From positions 266,853-330,852 of the forward strand of contig CAWINB010000004.1 of the NCBI GenBank assembly GCA_963837465.1: a stretch of DNA of 64,000 bases, in the 5' to 3' direction. The stretch is from Candidatus Doudnabacteria bacterium (lineage in GTDB: Bacteria; Patescibacteriota; Doudnabacteria; UBA920). Below are positions 9,838 to 18,719 of this stretch, piece after piece. Both the position numbers and the translations under genes were made by a program. Below the pieces are notes generated by a model. That model worked only from the letters and a program-made list of their open reading frames with translations, made no database searches and was not told the DNA's origin. Numbering within the stretch: the first letter of the stretch is position 1; every line of letters begins with the position of its first letter.

Positions 9838-10308
9838 ATGTTTAAATTAAAAATTATCGCTTTGGGTAAATTCAAGGAAAAGGCTTACAGGGAACTGGAA
9901 GCGGAGTTTTTAAAGCGCCTGTCCCCTTTTGCGAAAATTAAAGTTGTGGAAATCGCCGAGGAAGCTTATCGCAAGAATGATGATATTGAACGCGTTAAGC
10001 AAAAAGAGGCGGAAAAAATTATAAAACAATTGCCGGAGAATGGAGTAGTTATGCTGCTTGAGGAAAAAGGCACTCCCCGCAACTCTCTTGAATTCGCCCA
10101 GTTTTTGGAAAGAATCGGCTCTCTGGGAAAAGAACTGGTATTTGTAATCGGCAGCGGCGTTGGCTTGCATGAATCGCTAAAACGATATTCCAATTATTCC
10201 GTTTCGCTCTCTCCACTGACATTTCCACACAACATGGCCAGGGTGATTTTGGAAGAGCAACTTTACCGGGCTTGTACGATTTTGGCGCGTAAGGAATACC
10301 ATAAATAG
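9838..10308 (+). CDS. rlmH: 23S rRNA (pseudouridine1915-N3)-methyltransferase RlmH (SPOUT)
   Basis: 156 aa. The YbeA/RlmH pattern is present: the ...LLEEKG...VFVIGSGVGL... motif. Confidence 0.8.
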   Translation: MFKLKIIALGKFKEKAYRELEAEFLKRLSPFAKIKVVEIAEEAYRKNDDIERVKQKEAEKIIKQLPENGVVMLLEEKGTPRNSLEFAQFLERIGSLGKELVFVIGSGVGLHESLKRYSNYSVSLSPLTFPHNMARVILEEQLYRACTILARKEYHK

Positions 10309-10325
10309 GATTTAAGCTAGAGGTG

Positions 10326-11720
10326 TCAGGGTTTAGGCAAATCCCCTTTTTGGGGATTTTTTAGTTCGGCCGCTATCATAGCTAAAATAAACCACAGTAG
10401 CAACTGAGTTTGGTCCAGGGTGTAAAAGTAGTGGTCAAATTGCATTAGGGCGAGAAAAGAAATAAGGATGGCGAGGAGTGACGAGTAACGGGTAACGATT
10501 GACGAGTCTGGTTCCGATGTTAACCTTTTTGTAAGTAGCCATAGGTGCTGTAAAAATATCCAAAGCAGGATTAAGGCTGCCGGGATGCCTATTTCCGCGG
10601 CGGCGATTATAAAGTAATTGTGTACCGGCTGTTTTTCCCAGAGTTGGAGGGTTTTTCCGGAATATTGTTCCATATGAAGCAGGCTCTCCCCTAGCCCAAT
10701 CCCAAAAATGGGATTTTTTAATGCCATTTTTACCCCGGTAACATCGTAAAGCTTTCTGTTAACGGTAAATGCGTCGGAAAACGTAGCCCGTGTCATTATG
10801 TAGGGCCTAAAAATTAAAAATGACGCCAGTAAGAAGGTTAGTGTCATTATTATGGGGATCAAAACCCTATTTGTCTTTACAGCTACTGGATTTTTCTTTA
10901 TACGTGACCAAAATATCAGGCCAAAGAAAATTATTAGCCCAAAAGCTAAAGCCACGTAGGCTCCCCTTGAAAAGGTTACCGTTAGAGCCAAAATGTTCAA
11001 AAATAACAAAATATAGTAAATAATCCTAGATTTTAGCGTATTTGCTGTTAAGATAAGGTCTAGAATTACAAAAATTCCTGCCACAAGCAAGGCTGAAAGT
11101 GCGTTTGGATGTGGAAATGTGCCATAAGCGCGAATATGTGATGTTTCACCTGAAACAATTTTAGCAATTCCTACTATATTTAAGCCAATATGCTCTTCTC
11201 CAAGTTTATATAGCCCAATTGATTTTTGGGTTATAAATTGTATTAAGGCAATTATTGCTTCCAAGCCGCAAAGCCAGGCAAAAAGCTTGTAAATTTGGGT
11301 TTTTGGCTCAAATTCCTTAATAATTACCACAAATGTTCCATATGCAACAATTAATTCTACCCACCTTATAAACAAATAAGCATTTAGCCTTGTATTTAAG
11401 CTAAAATGTACCAAAAAACCTAGAAAAACCGCAAAAATAAGCCATTTTCCTAATTTTAGAGCATCCCAAAACTCTCTGGGATGCGTAAAAAGTACCAAAA
11501 CAAAAGTGATAAATATTAAAATATCGCTTAAATATAGGGAAAAAGATGTAAAATCTGAATATTCCCCTATTAAATAAGCCTCTTTTGTTAAAAAAACATG
11601 GCGAACAGGGAAGAAAATGCTTATTATTAGCAACATCAGAGCCGTTTTTAAATAAATTTGACTATTTTTTATATTTATGATATAATTTAATATTATGAAA
11701 AATTGTGCCCGTGAAATCAA
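10326..11720 (-). CDS. O-antigen ligase (Wzy_C) family polytopic membrane protein
   Basis: About 12 hydrophobic helices and the TFSRGAYVALAFGLIIF motif typical of the O-antigen ligase/polymerase family. An alternative internal start near 11639 is possible. Confidence 0.55.
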   Translation of the reverse strand: MISRAQFFIILNYIINIKNSQIYLKTALMLLIISIFFPVRHVFLTKEAYLIGEYSDFTSFSLYLSDILIFITFVLVLFTHPREFWDALKLGKWLIFAVFLGFLVHFSLNTRLNAYLFIRWVELIVAYGTFVVIIKEFEPKTQIYKLFAWLCGLEAIIALIQFITQKSIGLYKLGEEHIGLNIVGIAKIVSGETSHIRAYGTFPHPNALSALLVAGIFVILDLILTANTLKSRIIYYILLFLNILALTVTFSRGAYVALAFGLIIFFGLIFWSRIKKNPVAVKTNRVLIPIIMTLTFLLASFLIFRPYIMTRATFSDAFTVNRKLYDVTGVKMALKNPIFGIGLGESLLHMEQYSGKTLQLWEKQPVHNYFIIAAAEIGIPAALILLWIFLQHLWLLTKRLTSEPDSSIVTRYSSLLAILISFLALMQFDHYFYTLDQTQLLLWFILAMIAAELKNPQKGDLPKP

Positions 11721-11795
11721 AATTAAAACTTACTAAGACTATTTTAACATAGTTGTTTTTTTGTTATACTTTTCAAAGTGTTGTTTTAAAAATTT

Positions 11796-11871
11796 GCTCT
11801 CGTAGCTCAATGGATTAGAGCAGTAGCGTCCTAAGCTATTGATGTTGGTTCGATTCCAGCCGAGGGCACCA
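11796..11871 (+). tRNA. tRNA-Arg (anticodon CCT), CCA encoded
   Basis: Cloverleaf: acceptor GCUCUCG, D-arm GCUC/GAGC, anticodon loop GUCCUAA, T-arm GUUGG/CCAGC. Confidence 0.8.
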
Positions 11872-11924
11872 CTCACTTCGCTCGTGGCCTGCGGCCGAAA
11901 AAAGTTTGCTATAATTATTTTTTT

Positions 11925-12269
11925 ATGATAGACCCGGATTTAAAAATACAACTGGATCAAATAAATCAAAATTTAGTTGCTATAGAAAAGAACAAGAGCG
12001 GGGGAGTTTGGCGCTCGTTTTTTAACGGAATGTTTGGGGCTTTTGGGTATTTGGTGGGGATTGTCATAGTTGTTATTTTGGCGGGTTGGTTTTTAAATAA
12101 AACGGGTTTAATAATGCCGTTCCAGGAACAGTGGCAAAAGTTCCAGAATTTTATGTACCAGGCGGAAAATACCATGAGCGCGACCCAGCAGCAAAGCCAG
12201 CAGGGGAGCATACAAAACGGACAAGTTTATACTTTGCCCAACGGGCAAAAAGTGCAGGTGGTGCAATAG
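11925..12269 (+). CDS. Hypothetical small membrane protein with Gln-rich tail
   Basis: One transmembrane helix (FGYLVGIVIVVILAGWFL). No recognisable domain. Confidence 0.4.
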   Translation: MIDPDLKIQLDQINQNLVAIEKNKSGGVWRSFFNGMFGAFGYLVGIVIVVILAGWFLNKTGLIMPFQEQWQKFQNFMYQAENTMSATQQQSQQGSIQNGQVYTLPNGQKVQVVQ

Positions 12270-12342
12270 CCCTTGAAAAGTTCGGTGAAAGTGTGTAAAA
12301 TTATTCGGTGGTTTATAAATCTCGCATCTTCAATCACAAATC

Positions 12343-12378
12343 TTTCCGCCAAGGGCGGATCCGCCTTTGGCGGAAAAT
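12343..12378. repeat. GGATCC-centred palindrome, copy b (imperfect)
   Basis: tttccGCCAAGGGCGGATCCGCCTTTGGCggaaa, immediately upstream of tRNA-Ala(GGC). It is flanked by aaatcctaaat. Confidence 0.7.
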
Positions 12379-12392
12379 CCTAAATTTAATAC

Positions 12393-12466
12393 GGGCCTGT
12401 AGTATAATGGTAATACGGGACTATGGCATAGTTCAGTCGGGGGTCCGATTCCCCCCAGGTCCACCA
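12393..12466 (+). tRNA. tRNA-Ala (anticodon GGC), CCA encoded
   Basis: Acceptor GGGCCUG with G3:U70, anticodon loop AUGGCAU. The 3' half is identical to the Ala-CGC gene. Confidence 0.8.
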
Positions 12467-13929
12467 AAAGAAACTCTCTGGCGATTAGCCACCGCCTTAA
12501 AATCATCTTTCCAAATAAACACAATACTTTTATCACCATTTTCAGTCTTCCACTCAGTGGTTTCCACTAAAGACTTAATAAGCTGACGCTTTTCTTCAGG
12601 GGTTCCTTTCCGATACGTCTGAGTAGGCCTTTTAAGCATTTTTCCAAGCCCGATAATATAATCCATTACATCACTGTCAGCCCGTTCTAAAGCCATTCTG
12701 CGTTCACATAAATCTTGTTCCTTATTAAGTAGTTCAGAATTTTTTACCTTAAATTCATTTTCGGTAATAGTGTTATTCAGACATAGCGTCAGTAGGGCGC
12801 TTTTTTCGTTTTTAAGCTTAGCCGTTTCCAGGTCAACATTTTGGATCTGATTTTTTTGGTCATTTTTTAAATCTTCACGGAATGCTTGGACGGCTTTTAA
12901 AAACTGTGCGGCTTCTTTGTCATCAAATTCCAGCAATTGCAATTGTTTTGCGAACTCATTTTCTACCCATTCCTCTCTAATGTTACACTTACAATCCAAA
13001 TTCCTGCAGGCATAGTAGCGGTATTTATGATGCGAGGAAATGGAACGCAAGGGCTTACCGCAAACACGGCATTTAAGCAGGCCGGAAAACTGGTAAACGA
13101 ACTTTCGGTGGTGCTTGTAACTTTTGTCATCTAAAATTTCCTGCACTTGGTCAAACAATTTTTTGCTTATCAGGGCTTTATGGCTACCTTTTTTTAGCCC
13201 TCCTTTAAACCTGAAAAATCCGTAATAAAAAGGATTGCGTAAAATTTTATACAAAGCCTTGGAGGGCAAAACCTTTGACGGACGTTTCGTAGTAGCCTTA
13301 GTTTTTAGCCCCATATCGGTCAATTTTTTACGCAATTCCTCTATGCTGGTATCGCCATTGGAAAAAATTTCAAACGCCCTGCAAACCATTCGTCCGTAAA
13401 TTGGGTCAGGCTCTTTGTTGCCCCTGCCGACTGAACAGTAGCCGAGCGGGGGAGACATAGGTGATCTTCCATCTTCAACCATGCCATTAATGCCCTTGTG
13501 AATTTCTTGTTTAAGGTTATGCAGATAATACTTTGCTATACCAAATGAAATAGCTGAAAAACCCCAATTAGACTGAGTGCTATTTAGGTTATCTGCAACA
13601 AAATGAATTTCAAACCCTTCTAAAACTAAATCATCACAAACCGCAGCATCATGAAAATTTCTGGCAAATCTATCCAACTTATGCAGGATTAAACCTTTCG
13701 GCTTATAATGCCGCATGTCATTTATCATTTGGTTGAATATTGGACGCTTGTTGTCTTTTGCACTTTGAACTTCTATATATGGTTTGGAGTTTAGCTGAAA
13801 ATTGTTGCGCTTTGCGTATTCCCTAATCTGCCGTTCTTGTTCATCCAAAGAGGCTCCCTCGCTCTGCTCCTCGCTGGAGACACGGACGTAAAAGTAGAAG
13901 AGGCCGTTATGATTATTTTTTTCTGTCAT
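12433..13929 (-). CDS. Large serine recombinase (resolvase catalytic domain + recombinase domain + zinc ribbon)
   Basis: N-terminal YVRVSSEEQ..SLDEQ resolvase motif and a Cys cluster (CRVCGKPL..CRNLDCKC). The C-terminal codons run into the tRNA-Ala 3' end. Confidence 0.85.
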   Translation of the reverse strand: MTEKNNHNGLFYFYVRVSSEEQSEGASLDEQERQIREYAKRNNFQLNSKPYIEVQSAKDNKRPIFNQMINDMRHYKPKGLILHKLDRFARNFHDAAVCDDLVLEGFEIHFVADNLNSTQSNWGFSAISFGIAKYYLHNLKQEIHKGINGMVEDGRSPMSPPLGYCSVGRGNKEPDPIYGRMVCRAFEIFSNGDTSIEELRKKLTDMGLKTKATTKRPSKVLPSKALYKILRNPFYYGFFRFKGGLKKGSHKALISKKLFDQVQEILDDKSYKHHRKFVYQFSGLLKCRVCGKPLRSISSHHKYRYYACRNLDCKCNIREEWVENEFAKQLQLLEFDDKEAAQFLKAVQAFREDLKNDQKNQIQNVDLETAKLKNEKSALLTLCLNNTITENEFKVKNSELLNKEQDLCERRMALERADSDVMDYIIGLGKMLKRPTQTYRKGTPEEKRQLIKSLVETTEWKTENGDKSIVFIWKDDFKAVANRQRVSFGGPGGNRTPD

Positions 13930-14116
13930 ATTTTTTCAGCGTAAAGCTGATCTTTCTGAATTCAGCCTTGGCGAAGTTTAAGGCGCAGAGTAGGGAATAA
14001 GCTCGGCCAAAATCTTTTTGCATTATGCATCTGTTTCTGTCACTTTCTAGTTCAGCTATCTTAGAGCTACATTTTTTTAACCATTCCCATTTTTCTTGCT
14101 TTGACTTAAATTTCAT
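13913..14116 (-). CDS. Hypothetical small basic protein upstream of the recombinase (possible directionality factor, speculative)
   Basis: 67-aa ORF overlapping the recombinase start by 17 nt. No motif recognised. Confidence 0.3.
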   Translation of the reverse strand: MKFKSKQEKWEWLKKCSSKIAELESDRNRCIMQKDFGRAYSLLCALNFAKAEFRKISFTLKKYDRKK

Positions 14117-14352
14117 TTTAAAAAATAAAAAACCACCAGAGCTAAAACCTTTGAGTTGCTTAGACCTAAAGGTTGCTCTAGTGGTGTTATAACTATAGCA
14201 AAATCTTCGCAGGTTTTATACCTTAGGTCTAAGCAATATTAATTTTATACCGTCTAGCTAGTCTGTAAATGGTCAAATCAAAACTAACGTTTTTATTACG
14301 TTTCTAAGTCTTTTAGCTTTTTAGTGTATATATTTATTAAAAGGCTAAAAAA

Positions 14353-16149
14353 CTAGACTTCTTGTTCTCTGTCTGCAAGCGCTGATGACAGTTTGTAAGT
14401 TTTCTTGCCCTTAGCACCTTTTGATTCAAAAATTAGTTTTTCTTCCAGCAAAGCTTTTAGCGCATCATGGACGGCGTTAGCTCCGAGCTTATCTTTTAAG
14501 AGTTTTACTATTTCCTGTCGGGATAGCGTAGTGCCTCCAACAAGAAGCTCAAGGATTTTAGCTTTGGCAACATCTCTTTTTACTTCTTCCTTGAATTCAC
14601 CGACATAGTCAAAACCGAGCTTATCGCCCTGCTGGTTAATGCGAAGCTGAAACGGCTTTAATTCCTCGCCACCGCGTATTTTATTTTGGGAAAAAGTAAG
14701 CGATTTTTCGTTAAAGTTCCGGTCAATCATCAAGTGGGCTTCCACGGCAGCCAGAATGTCGCTAGAGCCACGCATGCTTTGAGAACCTGACCTGCTTTGA
14801 CCAGGCTGTTCTTTTCGGTGATGATGGGTCAGCAGTATCGTAATGCTTTCCCTCAGTAACGGACTAAAACTGTTGAAAAATTCTGCCATTTGCTTGGCGT
14901 CATTTTCCTCTTTTCCATGCACACGCACTAAACTGTCAAAGCAAACAAGTTTGATGTTATGTTCCTTTACAAATTCCAATAGCTTTTCTATATGCTGTTT
15001 GTTATCAACCCGAAATTCGCTTTTAATCCAAAAATAAATCTCCTTACCCTGCTCATGGCCAAGCATTCTTAGTCTGCGTTTAATTTCTCCCCGCTTGTTT
15101 TCCTCATCAATGATCAGCACGTTGCCTTGAGTGGTATTAAAGTGGGAAAAAACGGGTAATCCACTGGCTACAGACTCCGCAAGATGCAACTCAACCCAAG
15201 TTTTAAAACTACGAGGGGCAGCGGATAGGACGGTTATGGCACCAGAAGGAATTAAGCCTTGCACTAACCAAGGAGGTTCTTGTTCAGTTTCTTTTAATAA
15301 GTCATCGGCCAAGATCGGCTGGGTTGCAAATGCTGGCGTCTGTTGGTTATTTTTAAGCTTTCCTCTCTCCTTGTCTCCAATTGAATAGAATACTTGGCCT
15401 AGTTCATCTTCAGGCATTGGCGGAGTATTTTTTTGGTTCCAATCCTGCATATATGGCCATACGACATCAAACCATTTAGCTTCAGGCAGATAATGCATTA
15501 ATTCGCCTGCAATTTGGGCAGCTGAGGAATTACGCTTGCCTTCCGCAACTCCCTTATGAATATTTTGCTCAACTTCTTCCTGGTCATTCTTAACGCCATT
15601 GGCGACTTCATTTTTTATTTCTTTCTTAATAGCTGATATTTCTTTTGGCGAATCACCGTTATTGGCATTTTCCCATTCAAGATACAAAGTTAAAGGGAAT
15701 TCCGCTAACTCTGCATCGTCAAAACTTTTAATCCATTCGTAAATACCCTTTTTTGTTTTTGAAGGGGCTACGATAATGTAGCCCGCCTCTCCTCTGATGT
15801 CCGTTAATTCTCTGATTCTGGTTTTATTGCCTAAGACATAATCTTTTGGAAATTTAAAGAAGTAGTGTCTGCCGTCTCCGCCACTTTTTGCCGTAACAGT
15901 ATCAGGAAGTTCGGGTATAGGCGCACCTTTCTCAAAATCCAAGACCGCTAAACCAGACAGCTTGCCAGTAATGACAGCTATCCCGCTGACATCAGGCCTA
16001 CTAAACCATTCTTTAATTTTTTCTTCTGTAGGTAATTGAGTTTGGTATTTTTTCCAACTTACTAACGGCTTCTTGTCTTGATCTACAGGAAGCAAAGAAA
16101 ACCCTCGTTTTAAGTATGACAATGCCGCCTGTAAAGGTGGCATAAACAT
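14353..16149 (-). CDS. Bifunctional primase-polymerase (Prim-Pol N-terminal) fused to an AAA_25/RepA-like ATPase
   Basis: N-terminal LLPVDQDKKPLVSWKKYQ..GIAVITGKLSGLAVLDFE matches Prim-Pol. The C-terminal half has VLIIDEENK plus a RecA-like P-loop region and HHHRKEQ. Confidence 0.7.
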   Translation of the reverse strand: MFMPPLQAALSYLKRGFSLLPVDQDKKPLVSWKKYQTQLPTEEKIKEWFSRPDVSGIAVITGKLSGLAVLDFEKGAPIPELPDTVTAKSGGDGRHYFFKFPKDYVLGNKTRIRELTDIRGEAGYIIVAPSKTKKGIYEWIKSFDDAELAEFPLTLYLEWENANNGDSPKEISAIKKEIKNEVANGVKNDQEEVEQNIHKGVAEGKRNSSAAQIAGELMHYLPEAKWFDVVWPYMQDWNQKNTPPMPEDELGQVFYSIGDKERGKLKNNQQTPAFATQPILADDLLKETEQEPPWLVQGLIPSGAITVLSAAPRSFKTWVELHLAESVASGLPVFSHFNTTQGNVLIIDEENKRGEIKRRLRMLGHEQGKEIYFWIKSEFRVDNKQHIEKLLEFVKEHNIKLVCFDSLVRVHGKEENDAKQMAEFFNSFSPLLRESITILLTHHHRKEQPGQSRSGSQSMRGSSDILAAVEAHLMIDRNFNEKSLTFSQNKIRGGEELKPFQLRINQQGDKLGFDYVGEFKEEVKRDVAKAKILELLVGGTTLSRQEIVKLLKDKLGANAVHDALKALLEEKLIFESKGAKGKKTYKLSSALADREQEV

Positions 16150-16185
16150 TTAAAAGCAGTTATTAAAATTTGGGGTATTAAAAAA

Positions 16186-16476
16186 TTGGGACAAGAGTTG
16201 CTATGTGTGGAGTTTTTTCCTTATCATTCTTTTAGATTTAAATACTCCTCGAAACTTAAGGTTCCTTCTCAAGTTTTTGCTTTCAATCTAGTGAGGCAAG
16301 CTATGAAAAAGAGCCAACCTATTATCATCATGAGGAGTGCTAAACTGTGGTACAGTCAAGTTAAAGATTTAAAAACTTACAAATACAAAACTATCTTACA
16401 TAATCCCCAAAATCCCTGTGTCACTCCAAACAATATGCGCCGTGGAAAATTTAAAGAAATCTTCCAGTCAAAATAA
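16186..16476 (+). CDS. Hypothetical protein
   Basis: ORF only. An internal start at MKKSQP (16309) is plausible. Confidence 0.25.
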   Translation: MGQELLCVEFFPYHSFRFKYSSKLKVPSQVFAFNLVRQAMKKSQPIIIMRSAKLWYSQVKDLKTYKYKTILHNPQNPCVTPNNMRRGKFKEIFQSK

Positions 16477-16488
16477 AACTTCTGAATT

Positions 16489-16926
16489 ATGAACGATATA
16501 AAACTTGCAATTGAAGATGACTCTGAATTATTGCGGAAATATGGATTGGCAGTAGCTTGTAATAATTCTGTTGAGTATTTATTAGGTCAATATCTAATAT
16601 TAGTCAGTAAATTAAACCAAGCGGATATAGAAACTGTAAATGATTTATTGGATTTTACAGCCTTAAAAAAGAAGGTCGAGCTAAGTGCTAAATTTTTTAA
16701 AAATAAGGAAATTGTAAAATATTTGAATGAAGCTGTGCAGGATAGAAATTTACTTGCTCACGGAGTAAGCGCAAGTACTAACAACCAACACATTTTAATG
16801 CTAAAACGTAAAAATGTTGATTTAGACCAGGAATTACTAGACAAAATAATTAAAAGAGATAAAAATATTTTAGGAATGCTTTATGCAGAAATATTATCAG
16901 CAGGTTTTAAACTTAAGAGTCCCTGA
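16489..16926 (+). CDS. Hypothetical protein with an Rx4H motif (HEPN-like candidate)
   Basis: 145 aa, predicted alpha-helical. The motif QDRNLLAHG fits the minimal HEPN Rx4-6H signature; no other support. Confidence 0.35.
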   Translation: MNDIKLAIEDDSELLRKYGLAVACNNSVEYLLGQYLILVSKLNQADIETVNDLLDFTALKKKVELSAKFFKNKEIVKYLNEAVQDRNLLAHGVSASTNNQHILMLKRKNVDLDQELLDKIIKRDKNILGMLYAEILSAGFKLKSP

Positions 16927-16944
16927 TAAACTAACCTAAATAAC

Positions 16945-17136
16945 ATGCAATTAGATAAAAAATCCACTGAATCTTTTAGAGAGTCATATAAAAAAAGAGG
17001 TTGGGATATGACTGACGCAGAGGCTGAACAAATGAGCATAACCTTAGGCAATTACCTGGAAACAGTTGTATCAATTTATGAAGAAGGTCCAGCATTAAAA
17101 AAAGGGAGTCAAACAACTCCAACGGTTAATTTTTGA
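16945..17136 (+). CDS. Hypothetical small protein
   Basis: 63-aa ORF immediately after the HEPN-like ORF. Confidence 0.25.
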   Translation: MQLDKKSTESFRESYKKRGWDMTDAEAEQMSITLGNYLETVVSIYEEGPALKKGSQTTPTVNF

Positions 17137-17406
17137 GTATTTAAGATATTTTCGTAAATTTGCTTTACTAATGCGAGATAGTGTTTCCACCTATGCCGTA
17201 AGCCTCCACCAAAAGCAAAAGTTTTCCAAAAATTCGTTTTGTGCCTGTAAACATTGATTTTATAGGCTTTCCAAACTCGTCAGATTGATGCTTTTGGGAA
17301 GCCTTTTAAAATTATTTGGCTTAGGGTAAACTGAAAGTGTGGTTCTCTTTCTCCTCAGGTTATCCTAAAGAGAATTAATTTTTTCGATACGCTAATTTAT
17401 TTTACT

Positions 17407-18222
17407 ATGAGAAATGGACTTGAGGGCGGAACGCCTCCTGCGGATTCAACCATAGAAACAAAAGCAAAAAAATGGGAACGGAGAGTTGAAGGCTTTAGAA
17501 AAGCTTACCCCCACATTACAGATGTGCTTAATTACTCTGATCGTCTCCAAGGTGCTAATTCTGGAGACGTTGTTGATATGACAAAAACAGAAGGAGATGC
17601 GGTTGCCGTGGTAAATACGGACACCGGCACTGTTATTTCAAAAAATCGGGAGGCGGTAACAGAAAAGTTATACGGCTGTGCCGGGATTTTTATTGACGGC
17701 CCCGATTGTAATGAAATGGTTCACATGACTCCCAGTTCTAGTTTAGGATATAAATATCATAAATATTCTGCGGAACAACAACCTACCTATGTTGCACGCA
17801 ATGTTGATAAAATCATTTCTTCTCTTCCCGAGAGAACTTCATTAGAACAATGCAGGGCAGTAATTGTGGTAAATATTGCTGACGAATCTTACCCCAAGCG
17901 TAACGATTACCATTATGAAAAACAGTATGCGGCATGGGATAGATTGAAAAAACAGTTTGAAGATTTGGGTCTAAAAAATATTAAAATTGTTGAAGTGCCC
18001 ATGGATGAATCGGCTTTGTATTACACGCCAGAAAGACCGGATAAAATATTGGTTATGGGTCGAAAGATTGGCATAAATCCTGATGGCAGTTATGACAAAA
18101 GCCAAGAAAAAACAGTTGATGAAATATGGGTATCTTTGGATCCAAGAGAAACTGCAGATTATGGAATAAAAAGACCTATGGCAGAGCCAGAGGAGACTTC
18201 ATCATTCAATCAAGCTGCTTAA
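17407..18222 (+). CDS. Hypothetical protein
   Basis: 271-aa ORF with no recognisable motif. It lies between the element and tRNA-Pro. Confidence 0.4.
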   Translation: MRNGLEGGTPPADSTIETKAKKWERRVEGFRKAYPHITDVLNYSDRLQGANSGDVVDMTKTEGDAVAVVNTDTGTVISKNREAVTEKLYGCAGIFIDGPDCNEMVHMTPSSSLGYKYHKYSAEQQPTYVARNVDKIISSLPERTSLEQCRAVIVVNIADESYPKRNDYHYEKQYAAWDRLKKQFEDLGLKNIKIVEVPMDESALYYTPERPDKILVMGRKIGINPDGSYDKSQEKTVDEIWVSLDPRETADYGIKRPMAEPEETSSFNQAA

Positions 18223-18456
18223 TCTGTTGGTGCTCAAGATCATTTCGTAAATCTCCCTGACCAAAGCCAGATAAGTTTTCCACATATACCGTAAACCCCC
18301 GCCACAAAAAAGGCCTTCCCAAGTGGAAGGTCTTTTTTGGCCAGCTGTCGCGTAAAGCTATGGCTGACACAGGCTTCGGCAAATCTTCTTTTGCCGGTTG
18401 TCGTTTTATTCGCTTGCTGGTCTAAGGCGTGAGCCGGACGAAGCCTTGGCGAAGTC

Positions 18457-18530
18457 TGGTCGGGATGCTGGGAATCGAACCCAGTCTCCACGCACCCGAA
18501 GCGTGTGTACTACCGGTATACTACATCCCG
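18457..18530 (-). tRNA. tRNA-Pro (anticodon CGG), CCA encoded
   Basis: Minus-strand cloverleaf: acceptor CGGGAUG, anticodon loop UUCGGGU with G37, T-arm CUGGG/CCCAG. Confidence 0.8.
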
Positions 18531-18719
18531 TCGTCGCAATTGGCCGCGAGCTTTCGTCTTTTGCTTTAAGCAAAAGACTCCAACTCTCCGCAATTGCTCC
18601 TCTTTCCCAAAAATCCCTTAATGTAACCTCAGACGGATTTTTGGGAACCCTTTTATCAATGGCAAAATCCCATATATTATATACTGTTAAAATACTTTGA
18701 GCAATGGTATTATTAGCTT

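Larger units (their letters stand above)
12393..18530. mobile_element. Putative integrative element at the tRNA-Ala(GGC) 3' end (serine recombinase + Prim-Pol/AAA replicase + cargo). Boundaries are uncertain; the right end is possibly near 17215.
   Basis: The recombinase ORF overlaps the tRNA 3' end on the opposite strand. Replication and recombination genes cluster here, bounded by tRNA-Ala and tRNA-Pro. The 11-nt tRNA 3' terminus tccaccaaaag (12460-12470) repeats at 17205-17215. Confidence 0.5.

Noticed and set aside
8830-12466. The identical 3' halves of the two tRNA-Ala genes as attL/attR of one large element spanning 8.8-12.5 kb.
   Set aside because: The two genes are on opposite strands, so they form inverted rather than direct repeats. 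Identical T-arm and acceptor halves are expected for isoacceptors. The intervening genes (pilin, rlmH, O-antigen ligase, tRNA-Arg) look chromosomal.
18240-18700. Overlapping ORFs 18240-18491 (-) and 18398-18700 (+).
   Set aside because: They cover tRNA-Pro(CGG) and its flanks. Composition and mutual overlap indicate spurious ORFs.
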